Origin: an uncultured Bifidobacteriaceae bacterium
GTDB lineage: Bacteria; Actinomycetota; Actinomycetes; S36-B12
NCBI GenBank assembly: GCA_964597445.1
Contig: CAZQXO010000008.1
Coordinates: forward strand, 1-61,241
DNA: 61,241 nucleotides
Direction of reading: 5' to 3'
The position numbers and the translations under genes are program-made. Below, one piece after another: positions 40,323-57,447 of this stretch. Below the pieces are notes generated by a model, which did no database searches, was not told the origin of the DNA, and worked only from the letters and a program-made list of their open reading frames with translations. Position 1 is the stretch's first letter, and every line of letters begins with the position of its first letter.

Positions 40323-41176
40323 CCGTGGCCACCCTCCACCGGAGCGCCCAGCGTGTCCGCCGGGATCGTGCCAACATCCGCCCACCGCACTCGATCGCCT
40401 CGGAAGACCGGCCCCTCCGTGCAGGACCGGAGCATGCGCGTCACGCCGTCCTCGCCGATCACCGGCAGCACGCAGGTCATGCACACCCCGATGCCGCAGG
40501 CCATGGCCTCCTCGACCGCGCACTGGCTGTAGGCCTGACGCGAGGCGGCGATCTGCGAGACGCGCTGGAGCATCGCCATGGGGCCGCAGGCGTAGACCAC
40601 GGCCGCGTCGTTGGAATCCATGATCCCGCCCAACAGATCGGTCACTCGCCCCCGATGGCCGAGGGACCCATCGTCCGTGGTGATGGTCAGGGTCGAGGCG
40701 AGCCGCTTGAGCTCCAGGGAGCCGTAGAGCCGCTCCTCTGTCGCGGCACCGAGCAGCACATCGACCCGGCACCCGCGCTCGCGCAGCTGCTCGGCCAGCA
40801 TGAAGAGGGGGGCGGAGCCGTAGCCGCCGCCGACCAGCACGGTGGAGACCGCCTGCTTGGGCAGCACGAAGGGGCGTCCGAGGGGCCCGACGATGTCAAT
40901 CGGGTCATGGCGCCGACGATCCGCGAGCCACTGGGTTCCCTTGCCGTGCACGCTCACCACGATGTCCAGCGTGCCGCCGTACACCCCGCGAGACTGCACC
41001 TGATGGATCGCGAACGCGCGACGCAGGGGCATGCTCGTCTCCTCGCCGCCGATGGCCAGCGTGACGAAGTGTCCGGGACGGACGTGCTCGGTGATGCCGG
41101 GCGCCGTGAGCGACAGCACGAAGTAGGCGCCCGAGCGACGGACGTCGAGGACCTGCCCTCGAACCTGAACAGGCAT
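40319..41176 (-). CDS. pyrK: dihydroorotate dehydrogenase electron-transfer subunit (FAD / 2Fe-2S)
   Basis: MPVQVRGQVLDV..., LRRAFAI, and C-terminal cluster CAVEEAMACGIGVCMTC...C. Track ORF trimmed to the ATG at 41176, 2 nt after the carB stop. Confidence 0.88.
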   Translation of the reverse strand: MPVQVRGQVLDVRRSGAYFVLSLTAPGITEHVRPGHFVTLAIGGEETSMPLRRAFAIHQVQSRGVYGGTLDIVVSVHGKGTQWLADRRRHDPIDIVGPLGRPFVLPKQAVSTVLVGGGYGSAPLFMLAEQLRERGCRVDVLLGAATEERLYGSLELKRLASTLTITTDDGSLGHRGRVTDLLGGIMDSNDAAVVYACGPMAMLQRVSQIAASRQAYSQCAVEEAMACGIGVCMTCVLPVIGEDGVTRMLRSCTEGPVFRGDRVRWADVGTIPADTLGAPVEGGHG

Positions 41177-41178
41177 CG

Positions 41179-44100
41179 TCACGCCCTCCCCTCGGGCGCA
41201 TCGGCGTTCTCCGACGCGCGAAGTCGAGCAAGGTCGGCTCCATGCTCCTGAAGGGAGCGCACCGAGGGTTCCTCGTGCTGGAGCGAGTCGATTCCCTGGA
41301 CGGCCGCCGCCAGACCCTGCACCGTGGTGATGCACGGGACCCCGCGCACGACCGCGGCGGTTCGGATCTCATATCCGTCCAGTCGGGGCCCGACGCCGTA
41401 CGGAGTGTTGACGATCAGGTCGATCTCGCCCGCGAGGATGGCGTCGACCGTGGTCGGCTCGCCCTGCGGGCCTCGCCCCTCGTACTGCTTGCGCAGCTCC
41501 TCGACCGGGACACCGTTTCTCCGCAGCACCGCTGCCGTGCCCGACGTGGCCACGATCCGGAAGCCGAGGTCTGAGAGCCGCTTGATCGGGAAGATCGCGC
41601 CGCGCTTGTCGCGGTTCGCGAGGGAGACGAACGCGGTTCCGGACGTCGGAAGGCCTCCCGAGAAGGCAGCGTCCTGCGACTTCGCGAACGCCGTTCCGAA
41701 GGAGTCGTCGATGCCCATCACCTCGCCCGTCGACTTCATCTCCGGGCCGAGGACGGTGTCGACGCCGTGGAAGCGACCGAATGGCAGGACCGCCTCCTTG
41801 ACCGAGATGGCCGACCCCTGGGGCATCGTGCCCCCGTCGCCGCGGGCCGGAAGCAGTCCTGACGCGCGGAGATCCGCGATGGACTCACCCACCATGACGC
41901 GCGCAGCTGCCTTGGCCACAGGTACCGCCGTCGCCTTGGAGACGAAGGGCACGGTGCGCGAGGCCCGCGGATTCGCCTCCAGCACGTAGAGGACATCGCC
42001 GGCCAGGGCGTACTGCACGTTCAGCAGTCCACGCACGCCCACACCACGAGCGATCGCGAGCGTTGCCTCGCGAATCCGCGCGATGTCCTCGGCTCCCAGG
42101 GTGATCGGGGGAAGGACGCAGGCGGAGTCCCCCGAGTGGATGCCCGCCTCCTCGATGTGCTCCATCACTCCAGCGAGGTAGAGCTCCTCGCCGTCGTACA
42201 GCGCATCGACATCGATCTCGACGGCGTCGTCGAGGAAGCGATCGACCAGCACGGGATGATCGGGCGTGATCTGCGTGGCGCGCGAGAGGTAGTCGGCCAG
42301 CATCGCGTCGTCGTAGACGATCTCCATGCCCCGCCCGCCGAGGACGTAACTCGGACGGACGAGGACCGGGTACCCCACCTCGGCCGCAATGGCCCGCGCC
42401 TCCTCGAACGTGAAGGCCGTGCCGTGCCGCGGCGCCAGAAGGCCCGCCTCTGCGAGCACTCGCCCGAAGGCACCGCGCTCCTCCGCGAGATGGATCGACT
42501 CCGGGCTCGTGCCGATGACGGGCACGCCGGCGTCCTTGAGTCGCTGAGCGAGTCCGAGGGGGGTCTGGCCCCCCAGTTGCACCACGACGCCCACGAGCCT
42601 GCCGGCCTGCGACTCCACATGCACGACCTCGAGGACGTCCTCGAGCGTGAGCGGCTCGAAGTAGAGGCGATCAGAGGTGTCGTAGTCGGTCGACACGGTC
42701 TCGGGATTGCAGTTGACCATGATCGTCTCGAAGCCGGCCTCCCTCAGCGTGAGTGCCGCATGCACGCAGGAGTAGTCGAACTCGATGCCCTGCCCGATGC
42801 GGTTGGGACCGGAGCCCAGGATGATGACCTTGCGGCGATCGCTGGGCTCGACCTCCGTCTCCTCGTCGTAGGCCGAGTAGTGATACGGGGTGCGTGCCTC
42901 GAACTCCGCCGCGCACGTGTCGACCGTCTTGTAGACGGGACGGATGCCCCAGTCGTGTCGGATGCGACGCACCTCATGCTCGGCGAGTCCACGCAGGGAG
43001 CCGACCTGGGCATCGGAGAAACCCAGGCGCTTCGCGCGCCGCAGCAGGTGCGGATCCAGGGCCTGCGCACCTCTGACCTCATCGGCCATCTCGTTGATCT
43101 GGCAGATCTGGTCGAGGAACCACGGATCGATGTTGGTGGCCTCGTGCACCGCATCGATGCCGGCCCCAGCCCAGAGCGCCTGCTGCACCCAGGAGAGGCG
43201 GCCATCGCGCGGCACGCGCATCCGCTCCAAGAGGTCTGGAACGTCGACGTCGGAGCGCTCAGGGGGCCAGGAGAACACCGCCTCGGGGCGCTCCAGCGAT
43301 CGCAGGGCCTTCTGCAGCGCCTCGGGGAAGCTCCGGCCGATGGCCATCGCCTCTCCGACGCTCTTCATGGTGGTCGTGAGCGTGGGATCGGCGTTCGGGA
43401 ACTTCTCGAAGGCGAAGCGCGGGGCCTTGACGACGATGTAGTCGAGCGTCGGCTCGAACGAGGCAGGGGTCTCCTGGGTGATGTCGTTGGGGATCTCGTC
43501 CAGGGTGTAGCCGATCGCGAGACGGGCCGCGATCTTCGCGATGGGGAAGCCTGTGGCCTTCGAGGCCAGTGCCGAGGACCGTGAGACACGCGGGTTCATC
43601 TCGATGACGATCAGCCGGCCGTCGTCCGGATTCACCGCGAACTGGATGTTGCATCCGCCGGTGTCGACGCCCACCGCGCGGATGATGTCGATACCCACGT
43701 CACGCAGCCGCTGGTACTCGCGATCAGTCAGGGTGAGCGCAGGAGCCACCGTGATCGAGTCGCCCGTGTGCACGCCCATGGGGTCGAGGTTCTCGATGGA
43801 GCACACGACGACGACGTTGTCGTGCCGATCGCGCATCAGCTCGAGCTCGTACTCCTTCCAGCCGATGATGGACTCCTCGAGCAGGACCTCAGACGTGGGG
43901 CTCGCCTGGAGGCCCGCCCCCGCGATGCGCCGAAGATCGGATTCGTCGTACGCGATACCCGATCCGGCACCACCCATGGTGAAGGAGGGCCGGACCACGA
44001 CGGGGTAGCCGAGGTCGACAACCGCCGACAGGCACTCATCGAGCGTGTGGCAGATCGCTGACCGGGCACTCTCGGCGCCCACGCTCTCGACGATGGCCCG

Positions 44101-44496
44101 GAAGAGCTCGCGGTTCTCGCCTCGCTCGATCGCGTCGACATCGGCACCGATGAGCTCGACGCCGTACCTCTCCAGCACCCCGTTGCGGTGCAGCGCCATC
44201 GCCGTGTTCAGGGCGGTCTGGCCGCCGAGGGTCGGGAGCAGGGCGTCCGGGCGCTCCTTGGCGATGATCCGCTCGACGAACTCCGGGGTGATCGGCTCGA
44301 TGTACGTGGCGTCGGAGAACTCCGGGTCCGTCATGATCGTGGCGGGGTTGGAGTTGACGAGGACCACGCGCAGGCCCTCATCCCGGAGGACCCGACAGGC
44401 CTGCGTGCCGGAGTAGTCGAACTCGCATGCCTGCCCGATCACGATCGGCCCCGAGCCGATCACCATGACGGTGCGGATGTCTTCTCGCCGGGCCAT
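41179..44496 (-). CDS. carB: carbamoyl-phosphate synthase large subunit
   Basis: [32 protein letters not shown]. Duplicated ATP-grasp halves and an MGS-like C-terminus. ATG shares 1 nt with the carA stop. Confidence 0.97.
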   Translation of the reverse strand: MARREDIRTVMVIGSGPIVIGQACEFDYSGTQACRVLRDEGLRVVLVNSNPATIMTDPEFSDATYIEPITPEFVERIIAKERPDALLPTLGGQTALNTAMALHRNGVLERYGVELIGADVDAIERGENRELFRAIVESVGAESARSAICHTLDECLSAVVDLGYPVVVRPSFTMGGAGSGIAYDESDLRRIAGAGLQASPTSEVLLEESIIGWKEYELELMRDRHDNVVVVCSIENLDPMGVHTGDSITVAPALTLTDREYQRLRDVGIDIIRAVGVDTGGCNIQFAVNPDDGRLIVIEMNPRVSRSSALASKATGFPIAKIAARLAIGYTLDEIPNDITQETPASFEPTLDYIVVKAPRFAFEKFPNADPTLTTTMKSVGEAMAIGRSFPEALQKALRSLERPEAVFSWPPERSDVDVPDLLERMRVPRDGRLSWVQQALWAGAGIDAVHEATNIDPWFLDQICQINEMADEVRGAQALDPHLLRRAKRLGFSDAQVGSLRGLAEHEVRRIRHDWGIRPVYKTVDTCAAEFEARTPYHYSAYDEETEVEPSDRRKVIILGSGPNRIGQGIEFDYSCVHAALTLREAGFETIMVNCNPETVSTDYDTSDRLYFEPLTLEDVLEVVHVESQAGRLVGVVVQLGGQTPLGLAQRLKDAGVPVIGTSPESIHLAEERGAFGRVLAEAGLLAPRHGTAFTFEEARAIAAEVGYPVLVRPSYVLGGRGMEIVYDDAMLADYLSRATQITPDHPVLVDRFLDDAVEIDVDALYDGEELYLAGVMEHIEEAGIHSGDSACVLPPITLGAEDIARIREATLAIARGVGVRGLLNVQYALAGDVLYVLEANPRASRTVPFVSKATAVPVAKAAARVMVGESIADLRASGLLPARGDGGTMPQGSAISVKEAVLPFGRFHGVDTVLGPEMKSTGEVMGIDDSFGTAFAKSQDAAFSGGLPTSGTAFVSLANRDKRGAIFPIKRLSDLGFRIVATSGTAAVLRRNGVPVEELRKQYEGRGPQGEPTTVDAILAGEIDLIVNTPYGVGPRLDGYEIRTAAVVRGVPCITTVQGLAAAVQGIDSLQHEEPSVRSLQEHGADLARLRASENADAPEGRA

Positions 44497-45650
44497 CAGG
44501 CGATCCGTCCTTCCCGGGTGCGTGCCATGAGGTCGACGAACTCGTCGAAGAGGTAGTCCGCATCGTGCGGCCCGGCTGCCGCCTCCGGGTGGTACTGGAC
44601 GCTGAAGGCCGGGACATCGAGGCAGCGCAGACCCTCGACGACGTCGTCGTTGAGGCACACGTGGCTCACCACGGCGCGCCCGTGCGGTGTCGGGAACTCG
44701 CCTCCGCGCGGGGCATCCACGGCGAAGCCGTGATTGTGCGCGGTCACCTCGACCCGGCGAGTGGCGAGGTCCATGACAGGTTGGTTGATGCCCCGATGGC
44801 CGTAGCGCAGCTTGTAGGTGCCGAGACCGAGTGCGCGGCCGAGGATCTGGTTCCCGAAGCAGATGCCGAACACCGGCATGCGTCGGGAGAGCAGCTCGCC
44901 CATGACGGCCACGGCGTGGTCGGCCGTGGCAGGGTCGCCCGGGCCGTTCGAGAAGAAGACGCCGTCAGGCGCCAGGGCGAGGATCTGCTCGGCATCCCAG
45001 TCAGCCGGCACGACGTGCACCTCGATCCCCCGCTGAGCCATCTGGTGCGGGGTCATCGCCTTGATCCCGAGGTCGACTGCCACCACCGTGAACCGCCGCT
45101 CCCCCGTCGCGGGCACGACATAAGGCTCCGTCGTGGTGACGTCCGCGGTGAGGTTCGCCCCCGCCATCGGCGGGCTCGCCTGCACCCGGGTGAGCAGGGC
45201 AGGCACCGGATGCTCCGCCTCCGCACCACTGAAGATGCCGACGCGCATGGCTCCGCGCTCCCGCAGGTGCCGCGTCAGGGCGCGGGTGTCGACACCGCTG
45301 ATCCCCACGATGCCTTGGTCGGCGAGGTCGTCCTCCAAGCTTCGACGCGCACGCCAGTTCGATGTGATGCGCGAGGGATCGCGCACGACGTAGCCCGCCA
45401 CCCAGATCTGCCGCGACTCGGCATCCTCGTCGTTCATGCCCGTGTTCCCGATGTGGGGAGCGGTCATGACGACGACCTGACCACGGTAGGAGGGGTCCGT
45501 GAGGGTCTCCTGATATCCGCTCATGCCGGTCGAGAAGACCGCCTCGCCGACGGTCGAGCCGATGGCGCCGTAGCCCTCGCCGTGCATGGTGCGACCGTCC
45601 TCGAGCACGAGGATGGCCGGGATCGGTGACGGGCGCGGATCGCGGGTCAT
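44496..45650 (-). CDS. carA: carbamoyl-phosphate synthase small (glutaminase) subunit
   Basis: [17 protein letters not shown]..., [12 protein letters not shown], and catalytic context [12 protein letters not shown] at 45650 overlaps the upstream ORF stop (ATGA). Confidence 0.96.
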   Translation of the reverse strand: MTRDPRPSPIPAILVLEDGRTMHGEGYGAIGSTVGEAVFSTGMSGYQETLTDPSYRGQVVVMTAPHIGNTGMNDEDAESRQIWVAGYVVRDPSRITSNWRARRSLEDDLADQGIVGISGVDTRALTRHLRERGAMRVGIFSGAEAEHPVPALLTRVQASPPMAGANLTADVTTTEPYVVPATGERRFTVVAVDLGIKAMTPHQMAQRGIEVHVVPADWDAEQILALAPDGVFFSNGPGDPATADHAVAVMGELLSRRMPVFGICFGNQILGRALGLGTYKLRYGHRGINQPVMDLATRRVEVTAHNHGFAVDAPRGGEFPTPHGRAVVSHVCLNDDVVEGLRCLDVPAFSVQYHPEAAAGPHDADYLFDEFVDLMARTREGRIA

Positions 45651-46189
45651 CGGGCTCCTGCCGGGAACGTGGCCATGAGGCCATCCAACACAGTGGCGTG
45701 ATCGGCCGATGCATCCGCCCGGAACCCGGTGTCGAGGAGCCGGTCCCCCAGTCGCCAGGTCACGACGATCACGCTGTCCTTGGCCCGGACGGTGCCGGCG
45801 ACCCCCCGGTCCGTGCGAATGCCCTCGATCCCGGCCGCAGGGATGGCCAGGCTCCTCGCCCCCTGCCTCTCCAGGAGGATGCCGCCCGGCCCCCACGACA
45901 GCTGAGCCCGGCTGCGGACTCCGAGGTCATGGACCGCGATGCGATCCATCCAGTCTCCGTGCGCACTCGTGCCGGCGAACAGCCCCGGCACCGAGCCCGA
46001 GACCCCCCAGTCATCCGGCGCCTCCTCCGGTGGCGCCGGGAGATCGAGCTGACGTCGCTGCCGGGACCGCCAGCCCCAGCGCATGGCGCCGAGCGCGAGC
46101 AGGATCACCAGCACCGTCAGCCCGACCAAGGCCAGGCGCTCCGGCCAGTCCGTGACCTGCGCCTGCTCGACGAAGTCCTCCGTCCTCAT
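45647..46189 (-). CDS. conserved membrane-anchored protein of the actinobacterial pyr operon (PH-like domain candidate), function unknown
   Basis: 180 aa with one N-terminal TM helix ([18 protein letters not shown]) followed by a soluble domain. It is translationally coupled on both sides (ATGA with pyrC and with carA). M. tuberculosis has a membrane ORF at the same pyrC-carA position, as I recall. Confidence 0.65.
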   Translation of the reverse strand: MRTEDFVEQAQVTDWPERLALVGLTVLVILLALGAMRWGWRSRQRRQLDLPAPPEEAPDDWGVSGSVPGLFAGTSAHGDWMDRIAVHDLGVRSRAQLSWGPGGILLERQGARSLAIPAAGIEGIRTDRGVAGTVRAKDSVIVVTWRLGDRLLDTGFRADASADHATVLDGLMATFPAGAR

Positions 46190-47462
46190 GCGAGGACTCC
46201 GTCGAGGACGGTGGGCGTGCCGGCGTGGAGGGTGTGCACGACCCGACCCGGGAGGCGGCGCCCGGCGTACGGGGTGTTGCGGCTCTTGGAGGCCAGCCTC
46301 ATCGGGTCGACCACGAGGACACCGTCCGGATCGACGACGGTGATGTTCGCGATCGATCCCGGGAGGAGATCATGTCCTTGGGTGCGCACCCGGCCGATCC
46401 TCGCGGGACGCACGGACATGCACTCCGCCACCTCGCGCCAGGACAGGAGTCCGGGCTGGACCATCGTCTCCATCAGGACCCCGAAGGCCGTCTCGAGGCC
46501 CAGCATCCCCATGGCGGCCGCGGCCCATTCGCAGTCCTTGTCCTCATGGGGGTGCGGCGCGTGGTCCGTGGCCACGACGTCGATCGTGCCGTCCGCGAGA
46601 GCCTCCCTCAGCGCCTGGACGTCGTCTGCCGATCGCAGAGGCGGATTGACCTTGTAGATCGGGTCGTAGCTCGCCACGAGATCCTCGGTCAGGACGAGAT
46701 GGTGGGGCGTGACCTCCGCCGTGACGTCGATCCCTCTCTCCTTCGCCCATCGGATGATCTCGACTGATCCGGCAGTCGACACGTGGCAGACGTGGAGCCG
46801 AGAGCCCACGTGCTGGGCTAGGAGGACATCGCGCGCGATGATGGCCTCCTCGGCGACAGCCGGCCAACCGGCCAGTCCCAACCGACCGGACAGCGCGCTC
46901 TCGTTCATCTGCGCATGCTCGGTCAGCCGTGGCTCCTGCGCATGCTGGGCCACGACACCGTCGAAGGCCCTGACGTACTCCAGGGCACGCCGCATCAGCA
47001 CCGCGTCGTGCACGCACTTGCCGTCGTCGCTGAACACACGGACCTGGGCAGCGCTCATGGCCATCGCGCCGATCTCCGCCATCTGCTCGCCAGCGAGGCC
47101 GACGGTGACGGCGCCCACGGGACGCACGTCGACGAGGCCGGCTTCCTGTCCCAGCCGCCACACCTGCTCGACCACGCCCGCCGTGTCGGCGACGGGGCTC
47201 GTGTTCGCCATCGCATGAACACACGTGTAGCCGCCGAGCGCTGCTGCCTCGGAGCCGGTCAGCACCGTCTCAGCGTCCTCGCGCCCCGGCTCGCGCAGGT
47301 GGGTGTGCAGGTCGACGAACCCCGGCAGGGCGACGAGGCCATCGGCATCGATGATCTCTCCGACCGCGGTGCCTGCGGGCGCGAGATCCACGATGATTCC
47401 GTCCGCGACGACGAGATCCACCGCCTCCTCGCCGTAGGGACGCACTCCCCTGAGCACGAGCG

Positions 47463-47466
<4 letters not shown>
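46186..47466 (-). CDS. pyrC: dihydroorotase
   Basis: 426 aa with [13 protein letters not shown] and metal ligands HVCHVST and ATDHAPH. Confidence 0.95.
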
Positions 47467-48987
<1,521 letters not shown>

Positions 48988-49009
48988 ATGTCGGACTCTC
49001 GAACCCTAT

Positions 49010-49033
49010 CCCACCGCGTGATGTGCGCGGGGG
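49010..49033 (-). terminator. GC-rich hairpin immediately after the pyk stop (terminator candidate)
   Basis: RNA sense: UGA-CCCCCGCG-CACAUCA-CGCGGUGGG. 7 bp plus one mismatch. No clear U-tract. Confidence 0.3.
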
Positions 49034-50467
49034 TCAGACGCCCGTGCCCGGACCCGCACTCCCGATCTTGTGCACGCGCATGCCATTCGTGGTGCCCGGG
49101 ACGCCCGGCGGCACTCCGGCCACGATCACGACGCGGTCGCCGAAGGTTGCCCGACCGATTTCGAGCAGGGCCTTGTCGACCTGCACCACCATGTCGTCGG
49201 TGTGCTTCACCTGTGGCACGAGGAAGGTCTCCACTCCCCACACGAGGGACAGCAGGCTGCGCGTGCGGGGATTGGGCGTGAAGGCGAGCAGCGGGGTGCC
49301 ACTGCGCCAACGCGAGATGAGCCGCGCAGAGGAGCCCGTCTCCGTGAAGGCGATCAGGTGCGTGGCCTCGACACCCGCCGCGACACCGACCGCCGCGTGG
49401 GTGAGGGCTCGCGCCGTGGAGCCCGTCCACGGGTCGGAGAGCGTCGGGAGCTGGTGCAGGGCCCACGTCTCGACGTGCTCGATGATCCGCGACATCGTCT
49501 CGACCACGAGGCTCGGGTGGTCGCCGACGCTCGTCTCCCCCGAGAGCATCAGGGCATCGGCCCCGTCGAGCACGGCGTTCGCGACATCGCTGGCCTCGGC
49601 TCGCGTCGGTCGCGTCGCCACCGCCATCGACTCGAGCATCTGGGTCGCGACGATGACGGGCTTGGCAGCCTCGCGGCACAGCTGGATGGCGCGCTTCTGC
49701 ACCAGGGGGACGGCCTCGAGCGGCAGTTCCACTCCGAGGTCCCCTCGGGCCACCATGACACCGTCGAAGGCGGCGATGATCTCCTCGAGGTTCTCGATGG
49801 CCTGCGGCTTCTCGACCTTCGCAAGAACGGGCAGCCGGAGGCCGACCTCGTCCATGACCGCATGCACATCGACGATGTCGGCGGCGGACCGGACGAAGGA
49901 CAGCGCGATCATGTCGGCGCCGATCCGCAGCGCCCACCGCAGGTCGTCCTTGTCCTTGTCCGAGAGCGCCGGCACGCTGACGGCGACACCGGGAAGGTTG
50001 AATCCCTTGTTGTCGGACACTCGGCCGCCCTCGATCACCTCCGTGTGGACGCGGGGGCCGTCGACGCGCGTGACCCGCAACTCGATGCGCCCGTCGTCCA
50101 CGAGGACGAGGTCGCCGGGTGAGACATCGTGAGGCAGACCCGAGTGCGTGGTCGAGACCATCAGGCGATCGCCCGGGACATCCTCGGTCGTCACGATGAA
50201 CTCGTCACCCGACTCGAGCAGGACGGGACCGGACGCGAAGGTGCCCAGGCGGATCTTGGGGCCCTGGAGGTCCACGAGGATGCCCACCCCGCGACCGGTG
50301 GCGTCCGAGGCGGCCCGCACGTGCCGGTAGACGACCTCGTGGTCCTCGTGCTTGCCGTGGGAGAGGTTGAGCCGCGCCACGTCCATGCCTGACTCGACCA
50401 GGCGGGTGATCGCCTCCGCCGAGCTCGTGGCGGGCCCGAGGGTGGCGACGATTTTGGCGCGGCGCAT
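49034..50467 (-). CDS. pyk: pyruvate kinase
   Basis: MRRAKIVATLGPAT..., 477 aa, with MVARGDLGVE. Confidence 0.96.
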   Translation of the reverse strand: MRRAKIVATLGPATSSAEAITRLVESGMDVARLNLSHGKHEDHEVVYRHVRAASDATGRGVGILVDLQGPKIRLGTFASGPVLLESGDEFIVTTEDVPGDRLMVSTTHSGLPHDVSPGDLVLVDDGRIELRVTRVDGPRVHTEVIEGGRVSDNKGFNLPGVAVSVPALSDKDKDDLRWALRIGADMIALSFVRSAADIVDVHAVMDEVGLRLPVLAKVEKPQAIENLEEIIAAFDGVMVARGDLGVELPLEAVPLVQKRAIQLCREAAKPVIVATQMLESMAVATRPTRAEASDVANAVLDGADALMLSGETSVGDHPSLVVETMSRIIEHVETWALHQLPTLSDPWTGSTARALTHAAVGVAAGVEATHLIAFTETGSSARLISRWRSGTPLLAFTPNPRTRSLLSLVWGVETFLVPQVKHTDDMVVQVDKALLEIGRATFGDRVVIVAGVPPGVPGTTNGMRVHKIGSAGPGTGV

Positions 50468-50480
50468 GGGGGGAAGCCTA
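50468..50480 (-). promoter_or_regulatory. -10-like TAGGCT 7 nt upstream of the pyk ATG (leaderless-type promoter)
   Basis: Coding sense reads ACGGATAGGCTTCCCCCC-ATG. The stretch before the start is pyrimidine-only, with no Shine-Dalgarno. Confidence 0.4.
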
Positions 50481-50508
50481 TCCGTAAGCGGTTGCAGGAC
50501 CGGGGAGG

Positions 50509-51955
50509 TCAGACGAGCAGCGGCCGCGCCGTCGCCGGAATGGGCGAGGGCAGGTTGGTCGCGCCCATGAGATACGAGTCGACGGATGCCGCGGCCGCCC
50601 GGCCTTCGGCGATCGCCCAGACGATGAGGGACTGACCCCGTCCGGCATCACCGGCCACGAACACACCGGGGACGTCCGTCGAGTAGTCGGCGTTGCGGGC
50701 CAGGGACCCCCGATCGTTGAGGGACAGCTCGAACTGGTCAGCGACCTCAGCCGCCTCCGGGCCCACGAATCCCATGGCGAGGAAGACAGCATCCGCCGGG
50801 ACCTCGCGCGTGGAACCGGGGACCGGGCGGAGGCCGCCCTCGTGAGCCTCCACCTCGACCAGCTCCAGTGCCCGAACGGCACCGTTGCCATCGTCGAGGA
50901 AGCGCTCGGTCGACACCGCGAAGACCCGATCTCCCCCCTCCTCATGCGCGCTGCTCACGCGGTAGGTCATGGGGTAGGTCGGCCAGGGCTGCGTGGCCGG
51001 CCGATGCTGCGGCGGAGTCGGCAGGATCTCCAGCTGCGTGACCGAGGCGGCGCCCTGCCGATGCGCGGTGCCGAGGCAGTCGGCACCCGTGTCCCCGCCG
51101 CCGATGATGACGACGTGCTTGCCGGCGACGTCGATCGGGGACGAGTCCGCATCGCCCTCCTGCACCCTGTTCGCGAGCGGGAGGTACTCCATCGCCTGGT
51201 GGATGCCGCTCAATTCGCGACCGGGGACGTCGAGATCCCGCCACGCGGTGGCACCGATGGCGATCACCACGGCGTCGTAGCGTCGACGGAGGTCCTCCCC
51301 CGTGATGTCGATGCCCACTTCCACCCCGGGTCGGAACTTGACCCCCTCGGCCTCCATCTGCGCCAGTCGCCGATCGAGGTGGCGCTTCTCCATCTTGAAC
51401 TCGGGAATGCCGTACCGGAGCAGGCCGCCGATTCGGTCGGCACGCTCGTAGACGGCGACGGTGTGGCCGGCTCGCGCGAGCTGCTGGGCAGCGGCCAGCC
51501 CTGCCGGGCCGGAGCCCACGACGGCGACCGTGCGCCCGCTCAGCCGGTCCGGCGGCTGGGGGGTGACCCACCCCTCGTCCCATGCCCGATCGATGATGGA
51601 CACCTCGACCTGCTTGATGGTGACCGGGTCGGCGTTGATGCCGAGCACGCAGGCGGCCTCGCAGGGGGCAGGACACAGCCGACCCGTGAACTCGGGGAAG
51701 TTGTTCGTCGCATGGAGCCGCTCGATGGCGTCCTGCCAGTCCCCTGACCAGACGAGATCGTTCCACTCGGGGATGAGGTTCCCGAGCGGGCACCCGTTGT
51801 GGCAGAAGGGGATGCCGCAGTCCATGCATCGTCCGGCCTGCTTCTCGAGCTGCTCGGGCTCGAACGGCTCGTAGACCTCACGCCAGTCCTGCAGGCGCAG
51901 GTCCACGGGACGCCGCTTGGGCAGCTCGCGCGACGTCGTCAGGAATCCTCGTGGA

Positions 51956-51963
<8 letters not shown>
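50509..51963 (-). CDS. gltD: glutamate synthase (NADPH) small subunit
   Basis: [20 protein letters not shown]..., Fe-S Cys motifs CMDCGIPFC and CPAPCE, and Rossmann motif [17 protein letters not shown] at 51963 overlaps the gltB 3' end by 8 nt. Confidence 0.95.
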
Positions 51964-56491
<4,528 letters not shown>

Positions 56492-56577
56492 CGGGCACGT
56501 CCTTGTCGTCGTCAACAGCGGAAGCCACCGCACGCGGTGGGGGTTCCGGGACGACGTTGGCCCGAACGAGCAGAAGC

Positions 56578-57447
56578 CTAGCCCACCCGGGAGGAGGACT
56601 CCTCGGGAGGCCGGACCACGCCCGGGCGCAGGAGGTCCTGCTCGCGTCCCGGCCGCATCCGCGAGGAGATGACCAGGTAGGCGAGCGCTCCGATCCCGAC
56701 GATCAGGGAGGTCCAGATGTTGAGGCGGAGCCCCAGGATGGTGTTCGCGGAGTCGATGCGCAGGGCCTCGATCCACAGCCGGCCGGCGGCGTAGAGCAGG
56801 ACGTAGAGCGCGAAGACCCGGCCATGGCCCATCTGGAACCGGCGGTCCGCCCACACGAGGACGATGACCACGAGGATCAGCCACAGCGACTCGTAGAGGA
56901 AGGTCGGGTGGAAGGTCGCGACGTCCTCATAGCCCGCGGGTCGATTCTCCACGGCGATCTCGAGTCCCCAGGGCAGGTCCGTCGGGGACCCGAAGAGCTC
57001 CGAGTTGAACCAGTTGCCCCAGCGCCCGATCGCCTGCGCCAGGGCTATGCCGGGTGCGATCGCGTCGGCGACCGGTGGCAGCAGCACACCATGGCGCCGG
57101 GCTCCGATCCAGGCACCCAGGGCTCCCATGGCCACGGCGCCCCAGATACCGAGTCCGCCGTCCCAGATGCGCACGGCTCCGGCGAGACCGGAGCCGCCGG
57201 GCCCGAAGTACAGCTGCCAGTCGGTCAGGACGTGGTAGAGCCGGCCGCCGATGATGCCGAACGGCACCGCCCAGATGGCGATGTCGAGGATCATGCCCTT
57301 CTCGCCACCGCGTGCCTCGTAGCGTCTGCTGCCCCACCAGACCGCGACGATGATGCCCGCGATGATCAGGAGCGCATAGGCGCGCAACGGCACCGGCCCG
57401 AGGTACCAGACACCTGCCTCCGGGCTCGGGATGCTGGTCGGGATCAG
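56578..57447 (-). CDS. lgt: prolipoprotein diacylglyceryl transferase (start probably non-canonical)
   Basis: GGRLYHV and [13 protein letters not shown]. The conserved N-terminal motif [25 protein letters not shown] is encoded upstream of the first GTG (57393). The frame is open only back to 57452, so CTG at 57447 (CTGA overlap with the upstream stop) or ATC at 57444 is implied. Confidence 0.88.
   Translation of the reverse strand: MIPTSIPSPEAGVWYLGPVPLRAYALLIIAGIIVAVWWGSRRYEARGGEKGMILDIAIWAVPFGIIGGRLYHVLTDWQLYFGPGGSGLAGAVRIWDGGLGIWGAVAMGALGAWIGARRHGVLLPPVADAIAPGIALAQAIGRWGNWFNSELFGSPTDLPWGLEIAVENRPAGYEDVATFHPTFLYESLWLILVVIVLVWADRRFQMGHGRVFALYVLLYAAGRLWIEALRIDSANTILGLRLNIWTSLIVGIGALAYLVISSRMRPGREQDLLRPGVVRPPEESSSRVG

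Noticed and set aside
56525-56540. CCACCG-CACG-CGGTGG hairpin after lgt as an intrinsic terminator
   Set aside because: The stem is short (6 bp) with no U-tract and lies within 50 nt of the gltB start. It could be a terminator or a chance feature, so it was not called.
56492-56884. Long N-terminal extensions in the ORF track: gltB +131 codons, carB +54, carA +82, ribD +150, argC +76, argJ +66, gmk +54, pyrD +150, pyrK +53, pyrF +100, trpA +63, metK +31, TrmH-like +72
   Set aside because: The extensions are R/G/P/C-rich, overlap the upstream gene, and are absent from the conserved N-termini of these families. Internal starts that overlap upstream stops, or that follow Shine-Dalgarno sequences, fit better.
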